64,000 bases of DNA from contig OY969724.1 of NCBI GenBank assembly GCA_963702205.1, positions 1,344,001 to 1,408,000 on the forward strand, given 5' to 3'. Origin of the DNA: an uncultured candidate division Zixibacteria bacterium (lineage in GTDB: Bacteria > Zixibacteria > MSB-5A5 > GN15 > PGXB01). Both the position numbers and the translations under genes were made by a program. A model generated the notes under the pieces. That model ran no database searches. It saw nothing but the letters and a program-made list of their open reading frames with translations, and was not told the DNA's origin. Within the stretch, counting starts at the first letter, position 1; each line of letters opens with the position of its first letter. Positions 1 through 9,283 of this stretch are shown here, in pieces.

Positions 1-2095
1 CGGCAAGACTTCGATATTCAATTGCCTGACCGGGGCGCACCAAAAGGTCGCCAATTTCCCCGGTGTCACCGTGGAAAAACGTATCGGCCACAAGCTTTAC
101 AAAGGGCACAATATTACATTTGTCGACCTCCCCGGGACATACAGCCTGACCGCGTACAGCCTCGACGAAAAAGTCGCCCGTGATTTTATCATCGATGAAA
201 AACCGGACCTCATAATCAACGTCATCGACAGTGGCAATCTCGAACGAAGTCTGTACCTGACAACTCAGTTAATAGAAATGGGTGTGAATCTCGTCATTGA
301 CCTGAACATGTGGGACGAGGCAATGGAAAGCGGGATGGAGATAGATACCGATAAGTTATCTACCCTGCTGCGATCCCCGGTGGTCAAAACGGTAGCCAAC
401 AGGCATCAGGGCATTGACAGTCTGCTCCAGAAGAGTTTTGATGTTTTTAAAAACAGTAATAGACCGGGCATGCCTCCGATTTCCTATGGTTCTCAGCTCG
501 ACGATATCGTCACCGGGCTGGCCGATCATGTAAGAAAATGCCCGGGCTGCCGGGCGTGTCACAACGCGCGCTGGATGGCCATCAAGCTGCTCGAAGGCGA
601 CGACGAAGTCACTGCCCGCTATCTGACCGGAAAAGAAGCCTATAAAATGCTTGCGGGACAGGTTAATGAGTCGGTCAAACATATAAAAAGTACGACCGAT
701 CAGGACCCCGAGATAGTCATTACCGAAGGACGCTACGGCTACGTGGCGGGGATTATTCGCGAAGTCATGCGGCGTTCCGAAACCGACCGCATGAAAATTT
801 CCAATCATGTCGATCAGCTCTTAACCCATAGGATATTGGGGTACCCCATATTTTTCCTTTTTATGTGGCTGATATTTCAGGCGACATTCCGTTTTGGCGA
901 TTACCCGATGCGATGGATCAATGCCGGGGTGGAGGGATTGCAGGCCCTGATGGTTTACATATTGCCCCACGGTATCTTCGCGGATATGGTCGTCGACGGC
1001 ATGATCGGTGGCGTAGGTGCGGTCATTGTCTTTTTGCCCAATATCGTAATCCTGTTTTTGGGGATATCCCTTCTCGAAGATTCTGGATATATGTCGCGCG
1101 CGGCATTTTTGATGGACCGACCGATGCACTTTATGGGCCTTCACGGTAAATCTTTTATCCCCCTGCTGATGGGGTTCGGTTGCGCCGTCCCGGCTATCAT
1201 GTCCACCCGGACGCTGGAATCACAGCGCGACAGAATATTGACGACACTATTGACGCCGTTCATGTCGTGCAGCGCCCGTCTCCCGGTTTACATTCTTTTT
1301 GCGGGAGCATTTTTCGGGGTACATGCGGGCAATGTCATTTTCTCGATATATCTTCTGGGCATTGCCACTGCTATCGTTCTCGGAAAAATTTTCAAGAAGA
1401 CCATTTTAACCGGCGAAGATATTCCGTTCGTGATGGAACTGCCGCCGTACCGCTGGCCGACGGTACGTTCGGTATCCATACACATGTGGGAGCGTACCCG
1501 CATTTATCTCAAGAAAATGGGCGGCGTCATATTGATTGCATCGATCATACTTTGGGCGTTAGGCTATTTCCCGCATAAAAAAGACTTCAATATCGATTAC
1601 GGCGCCCGAATCGCACAGGCCGAACAGAGCAATCTTCCCGATAAAGACGAAACCATTGCATCGCTCAAAGCGCAACGGGCCTCGGAAATTCTGAGCTATT
1701 CCTATATCGGTCGACTGGGTGTTGCGATCAAGCCGCTGGTGGCGCCGATCGGGTTTAACTGGCAGATGGGCGTTTCGCTGATTACTGGATTTGTGGCCAA
1801 GGAAGTGGTTGTATCCTCGATGGGAGTTCTATACCAATTGGGCGATGACATCAATGAGAAATCCGGCAACCTGATCGCTGCCCTGCAGGACCCGGAAAAA
1901 GGTACCACGCCTCTGGTGGCTTATGCCTTCATGGTATTCGTGCTGCTGTATACGCCGTGCATCGTGAGCATCCTGGCGATGCGGCGGGAAATCGGCGGGA
2001 AATGGATGTGGTTTGCAATTATTTTCCAGCTTCTGCTGGCCTGGGCGGCGGCGTTCGTTATCTATCAGGGCGGTCTACTGCTCGGCCTTGGATAA
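1..2095 (+). CDS. feoB: Ferrous iron transporter FeoB (5' truncated by window edge)
   Basis: Frame from position 2 reads GKTSIFNCLTGAHQKVANFPGVTVEK (G1/G2), then DLPGTYSL (G3) and a polytopic membrane domain with GFGCAVPA and FMSCSARLP gate motifs. Confidence 0.97.
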   Translation, partial: GKTSIFNCLTGAHQKVANFPGVTVEKRIGHKLYKGHNITFVDLPGTYSLTAYSLDEKVARDFIIDEKPDLIINVIDSGNLERSLYLTTQLIEMGVNLVIDLNMWDEAMESGMEIDTDKLSTLLRSPVVKTVANRHQGIDSLLQKSFDVFKNSNRPGMPPISYGSQLDDIVTGLADHVRKCPGCRACHNARWMAIKLLEGDDEVTARYLTGKEAYKMLAGQVNESVKHIKSTTDQDPEIVITEGRYGYVAGIIREVMRRSETDRMKISNHVDQLLTHRILGYPIFFLFMWLIFQATFRFGDYPMRWINAGVEGLQALMVYILPHGIFADMVVDGMIGGVGAVIVFLPNIVILFLGISLLEDSGYMSRAAFLMDRPMHFMGLHGKSFIPLLMGFGCAVPAIMSTRTLESQRDRILTTLLTPFMSCSARLPVYILFAGAFFGVHAGNVIFSIYLLGIATAIVLGKIFKKTILTGEDIPFVMELPPYRWPTVRSVSIHMWERTRIYLKKMGGVILIASIILWALGYFPHKKDFNIDYGARIAQAEQSNLPDKDETIASLKAQRASEILSYSYIGRLGVAIKPLVAPIGFNWQMGVSLITGFVAKEVVVSSMGVLYQLGDDINEKSGNLIAALQDPEKGTTPLVAYAFMVFVLLYTPCIVSILAMRREIGGKWMWFAIIFQLLLAWAAAFVIYQGGLLLGLG

Positions 2096-2100
2096 TTTAT

Positions 2101-2484
2101 ATGAGTTCGGCCGGTTTATATTCTCTTGTACTCGGAGTTTTAATATCAGCGCACCGTCTCCCGGCGGTTTTTTCTCCGCGATTGTTCAGAAAATTATACA
2201 ACGGGTTTGCCGACAGATTATATTTGGTACAACTGACCGGATTATTGCTGTTTCTTTTTTCCGGCTGGGGGATTTATGCCAGTGTTATCGACTATGAAAA
2301 ACCGGGTTGGTTCATAATCGGGCTGTCGATTTTTATTCTGGTAAAAGCACTGGGCTATTTATTTCTGCCCCACCGTACGACTCAGGTCGATCGACGGGCC
2401 AACGACATGAGCGATAGAAGTCTATCAATTATCAGCCTGGCTATGGTTATAGCCGGGATTGGCATTGCCTGTTATTTTGTCTGA
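2101..2484 (+). CDS. Small membrane protein of unknown function (~127 aa, about 4 TM)
   Basis: ATG at 2101, 5 nt after the feoB stop, inside ORF 1957..2484; four hydrophobic segments. Confidence 0.7.
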   Translation: MSSAGLYSLVLGVLISAHRLPAVFSPRLFRKLYNGFADRLYLVQLTGLLLFLFSGWGIYASVIDYEKPGWFIIGLSIFILVKALGYLFLPHRTTQVDRRANDMSDRSLSIISLAMVIAGIGIACYFV

Positions 2485-2496
2485 ATTGAATCCGGA

Positions 2497-3762
2497 TCAG
2501 GTCTTGCGTTCTTTTTTCTTGGCGGCTGGGAAAAGAACGTTGTTTAGAATCAAACGATAACCCGGCGAATTCTTGTGCAGCGACAGATCCGTCGGCGGGT
2601 CACCGACCATGTGGCGATAATCTTCGGGGTCGTGCCCGGCCAGGTAGGTGAACGTACCGCGTCCATAGTTGCCGTGTATATATCTGACTTCATCGAATCC
2701 CTCGACTTCACCGAGGATAGTGACATATTTTTTTAACAGGGATTTCCGAAAAGCCGTCGTCTGCCCCATGAAACCTTTAACGCGCCCGACATGATCCTGA
2801 ACCAGCATCGTCGGCACCGGGTCGAGTTTCGCCGAAAACTCGAACAGGTAGAAATTATCCGACGCCGCGTCGGGGAAGCGGGCCAGACGGTCGGGATAGG
2901 TGTCGATGTCGCTGTGACGGTACATCGTGGGATCGAGCGATACCGAGAAATTTTCAAAGGCCAGGGTTTTGGAATAATCGAGCCGCTGCTCGGCATCGGG
3001 ATCGACCGGATCGCCGTCGAATTCGCTCGGACAAATATCGACCCCGTCGGCGGCCAGGGCAATATCCAGCGTTTCGCACGCCGAGCACATGGCGAAAATA
3101 AACCCTCCGCGCCGAACATAATTTTTAATAGCCTCCGCTACCGCCAGCTTCATTTCCGAGACTTTATGAAAACCGAGCCTTTTGGCCATCGCTTCATTCG
3201 TTTCCACCTCCTGCCGGTACCACAACTGATTGCGAAAAGATGCATAAAATTTGCCGTACTGCCCGGTAAAATCCTCGTGATGAAGATGCAGCCAGTCGTA
3301 ATTATCGAGCGCTCCGGCTAAAACGTCTTCGTCCCAGATTAGATCGTACTTGATATCGGCGTATGTCAGCGCCAGTGTGACGGCGTCGTCCCACGGCTCG
3401 ACATTTTTCGGAGAATAGACGGCTATGGCCGGGACCTTTTCGAGCTTGACCCGGTCCATGTTTTCGACGTCGATCGTGCGATAAATGTCAGCCACATCGG
3501 AAGACGTTTTGGTCTCGGTCGTCACGCCGCGTAGAAGACACAGGCTGTTAATCTCATCATCGGCATCCAAAAGAAACGAACCGCCGCGATAGTTGAGCAG
3601 CCATTCCACCGTCATGCCTTTTTCCAGCGCCTTGAACGCGATGCCATACGCTTTAAGATGATCGTTCTGGGTGTTGTCCATTGGAATGAACAGGGCCTGG
3701 GCCGCGACCGAGGTTGAAACCAGGGCGATCAGCAGGATGCAAAACGAGGTAATTTTTTTCAT
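2497..3762 (-). CDS. Conserved exported protein, class I amidotransferase-like fold suspected (family often labelled asparagine synthetase B)
   Basis: 421-aa ORF with signal peptide MKKITSFCILL...AAQA; motifs HLKAYG, WLHLHHEDFTGQYGKF, FAMCSA, GHDPEDY. Confidence 0.8.
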   Translation of the reverse strand: MKKITSFCILLIALVSTSVAAQALFIPMDNTQNDHLKAYGIAFKALEKGMTVEWLLNYRGGSFLLDADDEINSLCLLRGVTTETKTSSDVADIYRTIDVENMDRVKLEKVPAIAVYSPKNVEPWDDAVTLALTYADIKYDLIWDEDVLAGALDNYDWLHLHHEDFTGQYGKFYASFRNQLWYRQEVETNEAMAKRLGFHKVSEMKLAVAEAIKNYVRRGGFIFAMCSACETLDIALAADGVDICPSEFDGDPVDPDAEQRLDYSKTLAFENFSVSLDPTMYRHSDIDTYPDRLARFPDAASDNFYLFEFSAKLDPVPTMLVQDHVGRVKGFMGQTTAFRKSLLKKYVTILGEVEGFDEVRYIHGNYGRGTFTYLAGHDPEDYRHMVGDPPTDLSLHKNSPGYRLILNNVLFPAAKKKERKT

Positions 3763-3845
3763 ATACTATATATTTTCGGTCTGTCTATTATATTTTAAAC
3801 AGCCGAGAGCGCCCGCAGTTCGGAAACGAGCCCGATTTGCGGACT

Positions 3846-5204
3846 TTATTTCTCGGTCTTTTCGGCTTTTGCAAGCATTTTACGGCGATATTCCCGGTAT
3901 TTATTGAGATACTCGTCGATTTTGACTTCACGCCCGAACGATTTGGGCTGATAATACTGTGTCCCGGCCAAATCCTCCGGAAAATATTCCTGATCGGTTA
4001 AGGCATCGTCATAGTCGTGGGCGTACTTATAATCCTTGCCGTAGCCGAGACCCTTCATCAGCGACGTCGGCGCGTTTCGAATCCACAGCGGAACCGGCAG
4101 CGAACCTTTGTTTTCGGCGTCGGCCATAGCCTGCTGGAATGCCGTATACGCCGCATTCGATTTTGGGGCGCACGCCAGATAAATCACCGTTTGAGCCAGG
4201 GCCAGCTCGCCTTCGGGCGTCCCCAGAAAATGATAGGTATCGCGGGCGTTGAGGGCCACCGTCAGCGCAAATGGATCGGCCAGCCCGATGTCTTCAATCG
4301 CCATTCGAATAAGCCGACGAACCACATACAATCTGTCCTCGCCCGAGGTCAGCATGCGGGCCAGCCAGTACAACGAGGCATCAGGGTCGCCGCCCCGAAC
4401 CGATTTGTGCAGCGCCGAAATGAGGTTGTAATGTTCTTCGCCGGTTTTGTCGTATAAAAGCGTCGCCTTTTGATAAATCTCCTTAACCTGCGCCAGCGTG
4501 ATATGTCCGTCCTGACCGGCGTCATCGGCGGCGGCTTCGATAATATTCAACGCCCGGCGTCCATCGCCGTCGGCCGATGCGGCGATAAAATCCAGCGCGT
4601 CATCTTCAATAGACAAATTCATTTTACCCAGGCCGCGTTCGGGGTCGGTTTGGGCCCGACGGATTATTTCTTTTAAGTCGTCCTCGGAGATTCGCTCCAG
4701 CACGAATACTTTGACGCGCGACAAAAGCGCCGAAATAACCTCGAATGACGGGTTTTCGGTTGTCGCACCGATTAGTACAATGTCGCCGCGTTCGACGTAT
4801 GGCAGAAAGGCGTCCTGTTGGGCTTTATTGAAACGGTGAATTTCGTCGATGAACACGTACGTTTTGCGACCGGTGAGCTTTTTATAATTACCGGCTTTGG
4901 ATATAACCTCTTTGACCTGTTTGATGCCCGAGGTTACCGCCGAAAACGGGACGAATTCACCGCTCGTGCTGTGAGCGATAATTTCGGCCAGAGTTGTCTT
5001 ACCGGAACCGGGAGGACCCCAGAATATGACCGACGTGACTCGGTCCTCCACGATAGCCCGCCGAAACGGGGTACCTTCGCCGACCAGCTTGGCCTGCCCG
5101 ACAAAGTCATCGAAAGATTGCGGGCGCATCCGATCGGCCAGAGGGATAGTCCGGCTCAAATCATCGTTGTCGCCTGACCTGTTTTCTTTTTCGAAAAGCT
5201 CCAT
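3846..5204 (-). CDS. rarA: Replication-associated recombination protein RarA/MgsA (AAA+ ATPase)
   Basis: PLADRMRP, Walker A GPPGSGKTT, FIDEIHRFNKAQQD, ISALHKSVRG, C-terminal YKYAHD. Confidence 0.96.
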   Translation of the reverse strand: MELFEKENRSGDNDDLSRTIPLADRMRPQSFDDFVGQAKLVGEGTPFRRAIVEDRVTSVIFWGPPGSGKTTLAEIIAHSTSGEFVPFSAVTSGIKQVKEVISKAGNYKKLTGRKTYVFIDEIHRFNKAQQDAFLPYVERGDIVLIGATTENPSFEVISALLSRVKVFVLERISEDDLKEIIRRAQTDPERGLGKMNLSIEDDALDFIAASADGDGRRALNIIEAAADDAGQDGHITLAQVKEIYQKATLLYDKTGEEHYNLISALHKSVRGGDPDASLYWLARMLTSGEDRLYVVRRLIRMAIEDIGLADPFALTVALNARDTYHFLGTPEGELALAQTVIYLACAPKSNAAYTAFQQAMADAENKGSLPVPLWIRNAPTSLMKGLGYGKDYKYAHDYDDALTDQEYFPEDLAGTQYYQPKSFGREVKIDEYLNKYREYRRKMLAKAEKTEK

Positions 5205-5282
5205 ATACCGTGCCTGTTTAAAATCAACGAAACAATATAATCAATTTTGAGACGAATTCGCTCACTTTTGGGACCAGGCCAT

Positions 5283-5309
5283 AAAAAAGCCCCGCAATTG
5301 CGGGGCTTT
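5283..5309 (-). terminator. Intrinsic terminator after the TSP3/dockerin gene
   Basis: AAAAAAGCCCCGC-AATT-GCGGGGCTTT: perfect GC-rich stem with a U-tract on the minus strand. Confidence 0.85.
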
Positions 5310-5327
5310 GGTTTGGAGCCATTAATT

Positions 5328-6491
5328 TTATTTCTTATTACCGCCGCAATAAAGATCGGGGCCGTCGCGGTAGACTTTTTCGATCAATGCCAGAATGTCA
5401 ATAAGATTGACCTCTCCGTCACCGGTAAGATCACCGCAGGTGAAATTCAAATCGCAATAGTCTCCGATACCATCCCCATCGGAGTCGGCCTGGTCGGGAT
5501 TGTGTATCGTCGGACAGTTGTCTTCGTTGGCGCAATATCCGTCGCCGTCGGCATCGTTGAGGGAGTCGAGCGGACAGGCATCACAGACGTCGCCGATACC
5601 GTCATGATCGGTGTCCATTTGATCGGGATTATAAATGCCGGGACAATTATCGTCCGCACAGGCGTTACCCAAACCGGGATCGCCATAACCGTCGCCGTCG
5701 CTGTCAAAACAATCGTCGCAGACGTCACCGATACCGTCATTATCGTCGTCCGTCTGATCGGCGTTGGCAATATCCGGGCAGTTGTCACAGACGTCACCTA
5801 TGCCGTCGTTGTCGACGTCTTCCTGACCCGGATTGTATATGGTCGGACAGTTGTCCGGCGGGCAGGAAAATCCCGGTGCATCGGCGTAACCATCACCGTC
5901 GGCATCGGGACAGGAATAGACGACATCCCAGCAATAGGGTCCATTAAACGGAACGACTTGATAATTATCCATAAAAACCCAATCGTACATATCATTGGAA
6001 TGAGCAATAGAATCAATGCAAATCGTGCCTTCCTGCTCCAATGTCAGGGCGACTCTTATATAACGGTGTTCCCCATTGCCGGCTGGCACCCCGCCATTCG
6101 GCGGCAAACCCAACCCGGCATATGAAAATGTATCCGGTAAAGATCCATCCCAACTGAATGTGTTGAATACTGAAATAAGGTTAAAAAACGTCCCTGTCCC
6201 CGGTGCAAATCCATTCTCCAGAAGAAAAGACTGGTCGTCGCCATATCCGCCGACATTTCGGTGGACAACGTTGGTTATGCTTCCGTCGGGACTGTAAATG
6301 GCGAACGGAGTGACCACTGAAGTCCATCTGGTGTCCCCGTTATCCATATAGATGTCGATATACACGTCACCCATCGGCAGGACGCCGGGCGAAACCTCGA
6401 CCGAGCCCTCGGCACGGACGTATTGGGCGTATGACGGCGCCGCGCACAAAAGCACCATCAACAGGGCCAAAAAAGTATAGCGGTATTTCAC
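5328..6491 (-). CDS. Secreted protein with thrombospondin type-3 Ca-binding repeats and C-terminal dockerin-like motif
   Basis: GTG start with GGAGG SD; signal peptide; repeated DNCPxxxNPxQxDxDxDGIGDxCD; C-terminal CGDLTGDGEVNLIDILALIEKVY. Confidence 0.88.
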   Translation of the reverse strand: MKYRYTFLALLMVLLCAAPSYAQYVRAEGSVEVSPGVLPMGDVYIDIYMDNGDTRWTSVVTPFAIYSPDGSITNVVHRNVGGYGDDQSFLLENGFAPGTGTFFNLISVFNTFSWDGSLPDTFSYAGLGLPPNGGVPAGNGEHRYIRVALTLEQEGTICIDSIAHSNDMYDWVFMDNYQVVPFNGPYCWDVVYSCPDADGDGYADAPGFSCPPDNCPTIYNPGQEDVDNDGIGDVCDNCPDIANADQTDDDNDGIGDVCDDCFDSDGDGYGDPGLGNACADDNCPGIYNPDQMDTDHDGIGDVCDACPLDSLNDADGDGYCANEDNCPTIHNPDQADSDGDGIGDYCDLNFTCGDLTGDGEVNLIDILALIEKVYRDGPDLYCGGNKK

Positions 6492-6890
6492 AAAGCCTCC
6501 CTTTCGGGCATGACAACGCCCGAAGAATATTTAGATTTTAGTATTTTTTAAACCAAGCGGACATTATTTACCCGGCACGACCGAATAAGAAAAGACACAA
6601 TCAAAGAACGGCAGAGATGGCTTGTCGTGCTCTGTTTAAAGTGATAAGCTTACATATAAAATACCGATAATAGGCAAAATCGTCAAGTTTAAAAATCGGG
6701 GACATTCTTTTATACGGTTGTGTGGTATTAAGATAGCCTGATCGCAAAAGAGCTTTAAGTCGGCTTTGTGGTCAATTAATGCTGATATGCCGACTATCGC
6801 CTCATTGGGAATATTTCCTTTGGAGAAAGCCCCAGTTTTGCCTATATATTCAGAATTTGAAGAGATTAATCGTTTTTGAAGGAGAATATC

Positions 6891-7388
6891 ATGCACGAGA
6901 AAAGCCGTGAACTGCTGAACAAGGCCGTCGCCGACGAACTGGCCGCAGTCCACCAGTATATGTATTTTCATTTTCACTGCGACGATCAGGCCTATGACCT
7001 TCTGGCCGACCTGTTTCGCAAAACCGCTATCGAAGAGATGATGCATATCGAACGACTGGCCGAACGCATTTTGTTTATCGGCGGTGACGTCGAGATGGTC
7101 GCGTCCAAAGAGGTCGACAAGATCCACGATGTCAAGGCGATGCTCGAGATGGGCAGGCAGATGGAAGAGAGCTCGGTGAAGATGTACAACGACTACGCCA
7201 ACTTGTGCTCCGCCAACGCCGACAGCGCTTCTAAGAAGCTGTTCGAGGACCTCGTGATGGATGAAGAGCGTCATTACGATCAGTACGACAACGAAATCGA
7301 CGCCATGGCCAAATTCGGTGATAATTATCTGGCCCTGCAGTCGATCGAACGGAGCAAAAGCCGCTCCGCCGGCCAACCCCCGGCATAA
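6891..7388 (+). CDS. bfr: Bacterioferritin
   Basis: AAGGAG SD before ATG 6891; ELAAVHQY, AIEEMMHIE and DEERH ferroxidase/heme motifs. Confidence 0.92.
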   Translation: MHEKSRELLNKAVADELAAVHQYMYFHFHCDDQAYDLLADLFRKTAIEEMMHIERLAERILFIGGDVEMVASKEVDKIHDVKAMLEMGRQMEESSVKMYNDYANLCSANADSASKKLFEDLVMDEERHYDQYDNEIDAMAKFGDNYLALQSIERSKSRSAGQPPA

Positions 7389-7417
7389 CGATTGATTAAG
7401 CATAGTTGATCATGATT

Positions 7418-8119
7418 GTGCGCGGCACTTGTCCACAAGTGCCCGAGCGATGCATAAACACTTTACCCGACAGGTTTACATTTCGTGGGCGGCAGATGTC
7501 CACATCTTCCCCGGGTGTCGCGTTTAAAGATTTACCCGACTGGTACAAAAGCCCGCCGGGTTTTTTATTACCTGCCGGCCTATGTTAGATGATCCGCCAA
7601 TTCTTTTTGTAGGTCAGGAGCCGTGCGCTCCTGACATATTTCCTGCGGCGTCAGGAACCCCTTCCTGACGCTTTCCTTGACCCGTGGGCGGCAAACGCCT
7701 CGCCTGCCCTGAACTTAGAAGGGTCTGCCGCCTGGTTTATTTGTACCTATCACTTTGAAGAACCCACCACTAATCCTTCATAGGATTCAGGACCTTCGGG
7801 TGGTGGGGCACCCAATCATGAGTCATCATTATTCGCAAGTTTTTTAATGTCATACCCGCGAAGGCGGGTATCCAGGAGCTCAAATTCCCTACCAACCCAA
7901 CGCCAAATCCGATAGTCCTCCATATATAGAGGCTATGAATATATGCAAAATCAAAAACGGGGAAGAGCGCAAAAACGAATTTCAAATTCGAACCCAATTG
8001 GCTGTAAATGCTAACATCGCTTTATATTATGAAAGATTGTGGACTGTATATGTGCGTGAATCTTTGTAGGTCATGCCGACTTGCCGAAGGTCCTGAACGA
8101 AGTGAAGGGCGGCATGACA
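7418..8119. repeat. Cluster of REP-like palindromes in the bfr-hemW intergenic region
   Basis: Hairpins at 7418-7449, 7609-7636, 7648-7671, 7684-7732, 7763-7813, 7849-7875 and 8066-8119; several have near-identical copies elsewhere in the window. Confidence 0.85.
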
Positions 8120-8143
8120 ATATTCCTGTATGATATTTATTGC

Positions 8144-9280
8144 CTACACCAACCGCCGGATAATCTCATCCGCGAGCGGCAGGCCGGTGTCGGTGAGGGC
8201 GACCGCATCGTCGCGGCGGTCGATATAGCCGTGGATGGTGAGCATATCGAAAGCGCGCGCATTGACCGCCTGCTCTATATCAATATCGAATCTTCGCCGG
8301 AACGTCGCACGCATTATCCCGCGTGAGGTTCGCAACCCGAGCATGATCGCTTCGTGAATCTGATCCTCGCGGCTGCGACTATCAGAAACAATCGGCCGTA
8401 CGCCGTTATTTATTTGCTTTATGTACTCATCGAGATTGGCGACATTGGCGAAGCGCCTGTTGTCGATAAAGCTGTGCGCCGACGGGCCCAGTCCCAGATA
8501 ATCGGCGCCGTCCCAGTAGTGCATATTATGACGGCACTCGTACCCCGGCTTGGCGAACGAGGAAACTTCATAGCGCATATAGCCGTGGCGTTTCAATTCT
8601 TCGTTGATACCGCGATACATGGCGGCACATAAATCCGAATCTGGGAGCTTTATCCGACCCTGTTCGACCATCGACGCCAGCGGCGTGCCTTTTTCGATAG
8701 TCAGCTGATAGTACGAAATATGCGGCGGAGCGAGGTCGATTACCTGCGTAAGGTCATCGCCCAGTCGCGCCGACGTCTGCCTCGGCAGACCGAAAATCAT
8801 ATCGGCCCCGAAGTTGTCGAATCCGAGCGCCCGCAGTAAGTACACCGCTTTGTAGGAATCATCGACATTATGCCGGCGTCTCAGTACCGCCAACTGATCG
8901 GTAATAAAACTCTGAAAACCAAGAACCGGCCGGGTCACTCCGAGATCTTTAAGGCGGCTCAGGATGTTTTCATCAATCGATTCCGGGTTGATCTCCAGCG
9001 TGAACTCGATACCGGCCTGGATATCGAAATGCCGTCGACAGCGGTCCATAAAACTTTCAAGATGGTCGGGGTTCATCAGCGATGGAGTCCCGCCGCCGAT
9101 ATAAATCGTCTCGACTTTTCTGTGTGAGTCATCGAGATCGCGCACGGCAAGGTCGAGCTCTCTACCAAGAGTATCAAAATAGGATTGCTGAAACGCCGGC
9201 GAAAACCTGACTTTATAAAAGTCGCAGTAGCTGCAGATGTTGGTGCAAAAAGGGAAGTGGATATAAAGTGAAACGCTCAT
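8144..9280 (-). CDS. hemW: Radical SAM heme chaperone HemW (HemN-like)
   Basis: SLYIHFPFCTNICSYCDF, IYIGGGTPS, YEVSSFA, HNMHYW. Confidence 0.92.
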   Translation of the reverse strand: MSVSLYIHFPFCTNICSYCDFYKVRFSPAFQQSYFDTLGRELDLAVRDLDDSHRKVETIYIGGGTPSLMNPDHLESFMDRCRRHFDIQAGIEFTLEINPESIDENILSRLKDLGVTRPVLGFQSFITDQLAVLRRRHNVDDSYKAVYLLRALGFDNFGADMIFGLPRQTSARLGDDLTQVIDLAPPHISYYQLTIEKGTPLASMVEQGRIKLPDSDLCAAMYRGINEELKRHGYMRYEVSSFAKPGYECRHNMHYWDGADYLGLGPSAHSFIDNRRFANVANLDEYIKQINNGVRPIVSDSRSREDQIHEAIMLGLRTSRGIMRATFRRRFDIDIEQAVNARAFDMLTIHGYIDRRDDAVALTDTGLPLADEIIRRLV

Positions 9281-9283
9281 ATT

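Noticed and set aside
5247..6125. Long antisense ORFs (also 6636..7403, 13468..14283, 27352..28410, 46023..46949, 57500..58348)
   Set aside because: Shadows of well-supported genes on the opposite strand, with no recognisable motifs
6600..6890. Fur box upstream of bfr
   Set aside because: AT-rich, but no convincing GATAATGATAATCATTATC-like match
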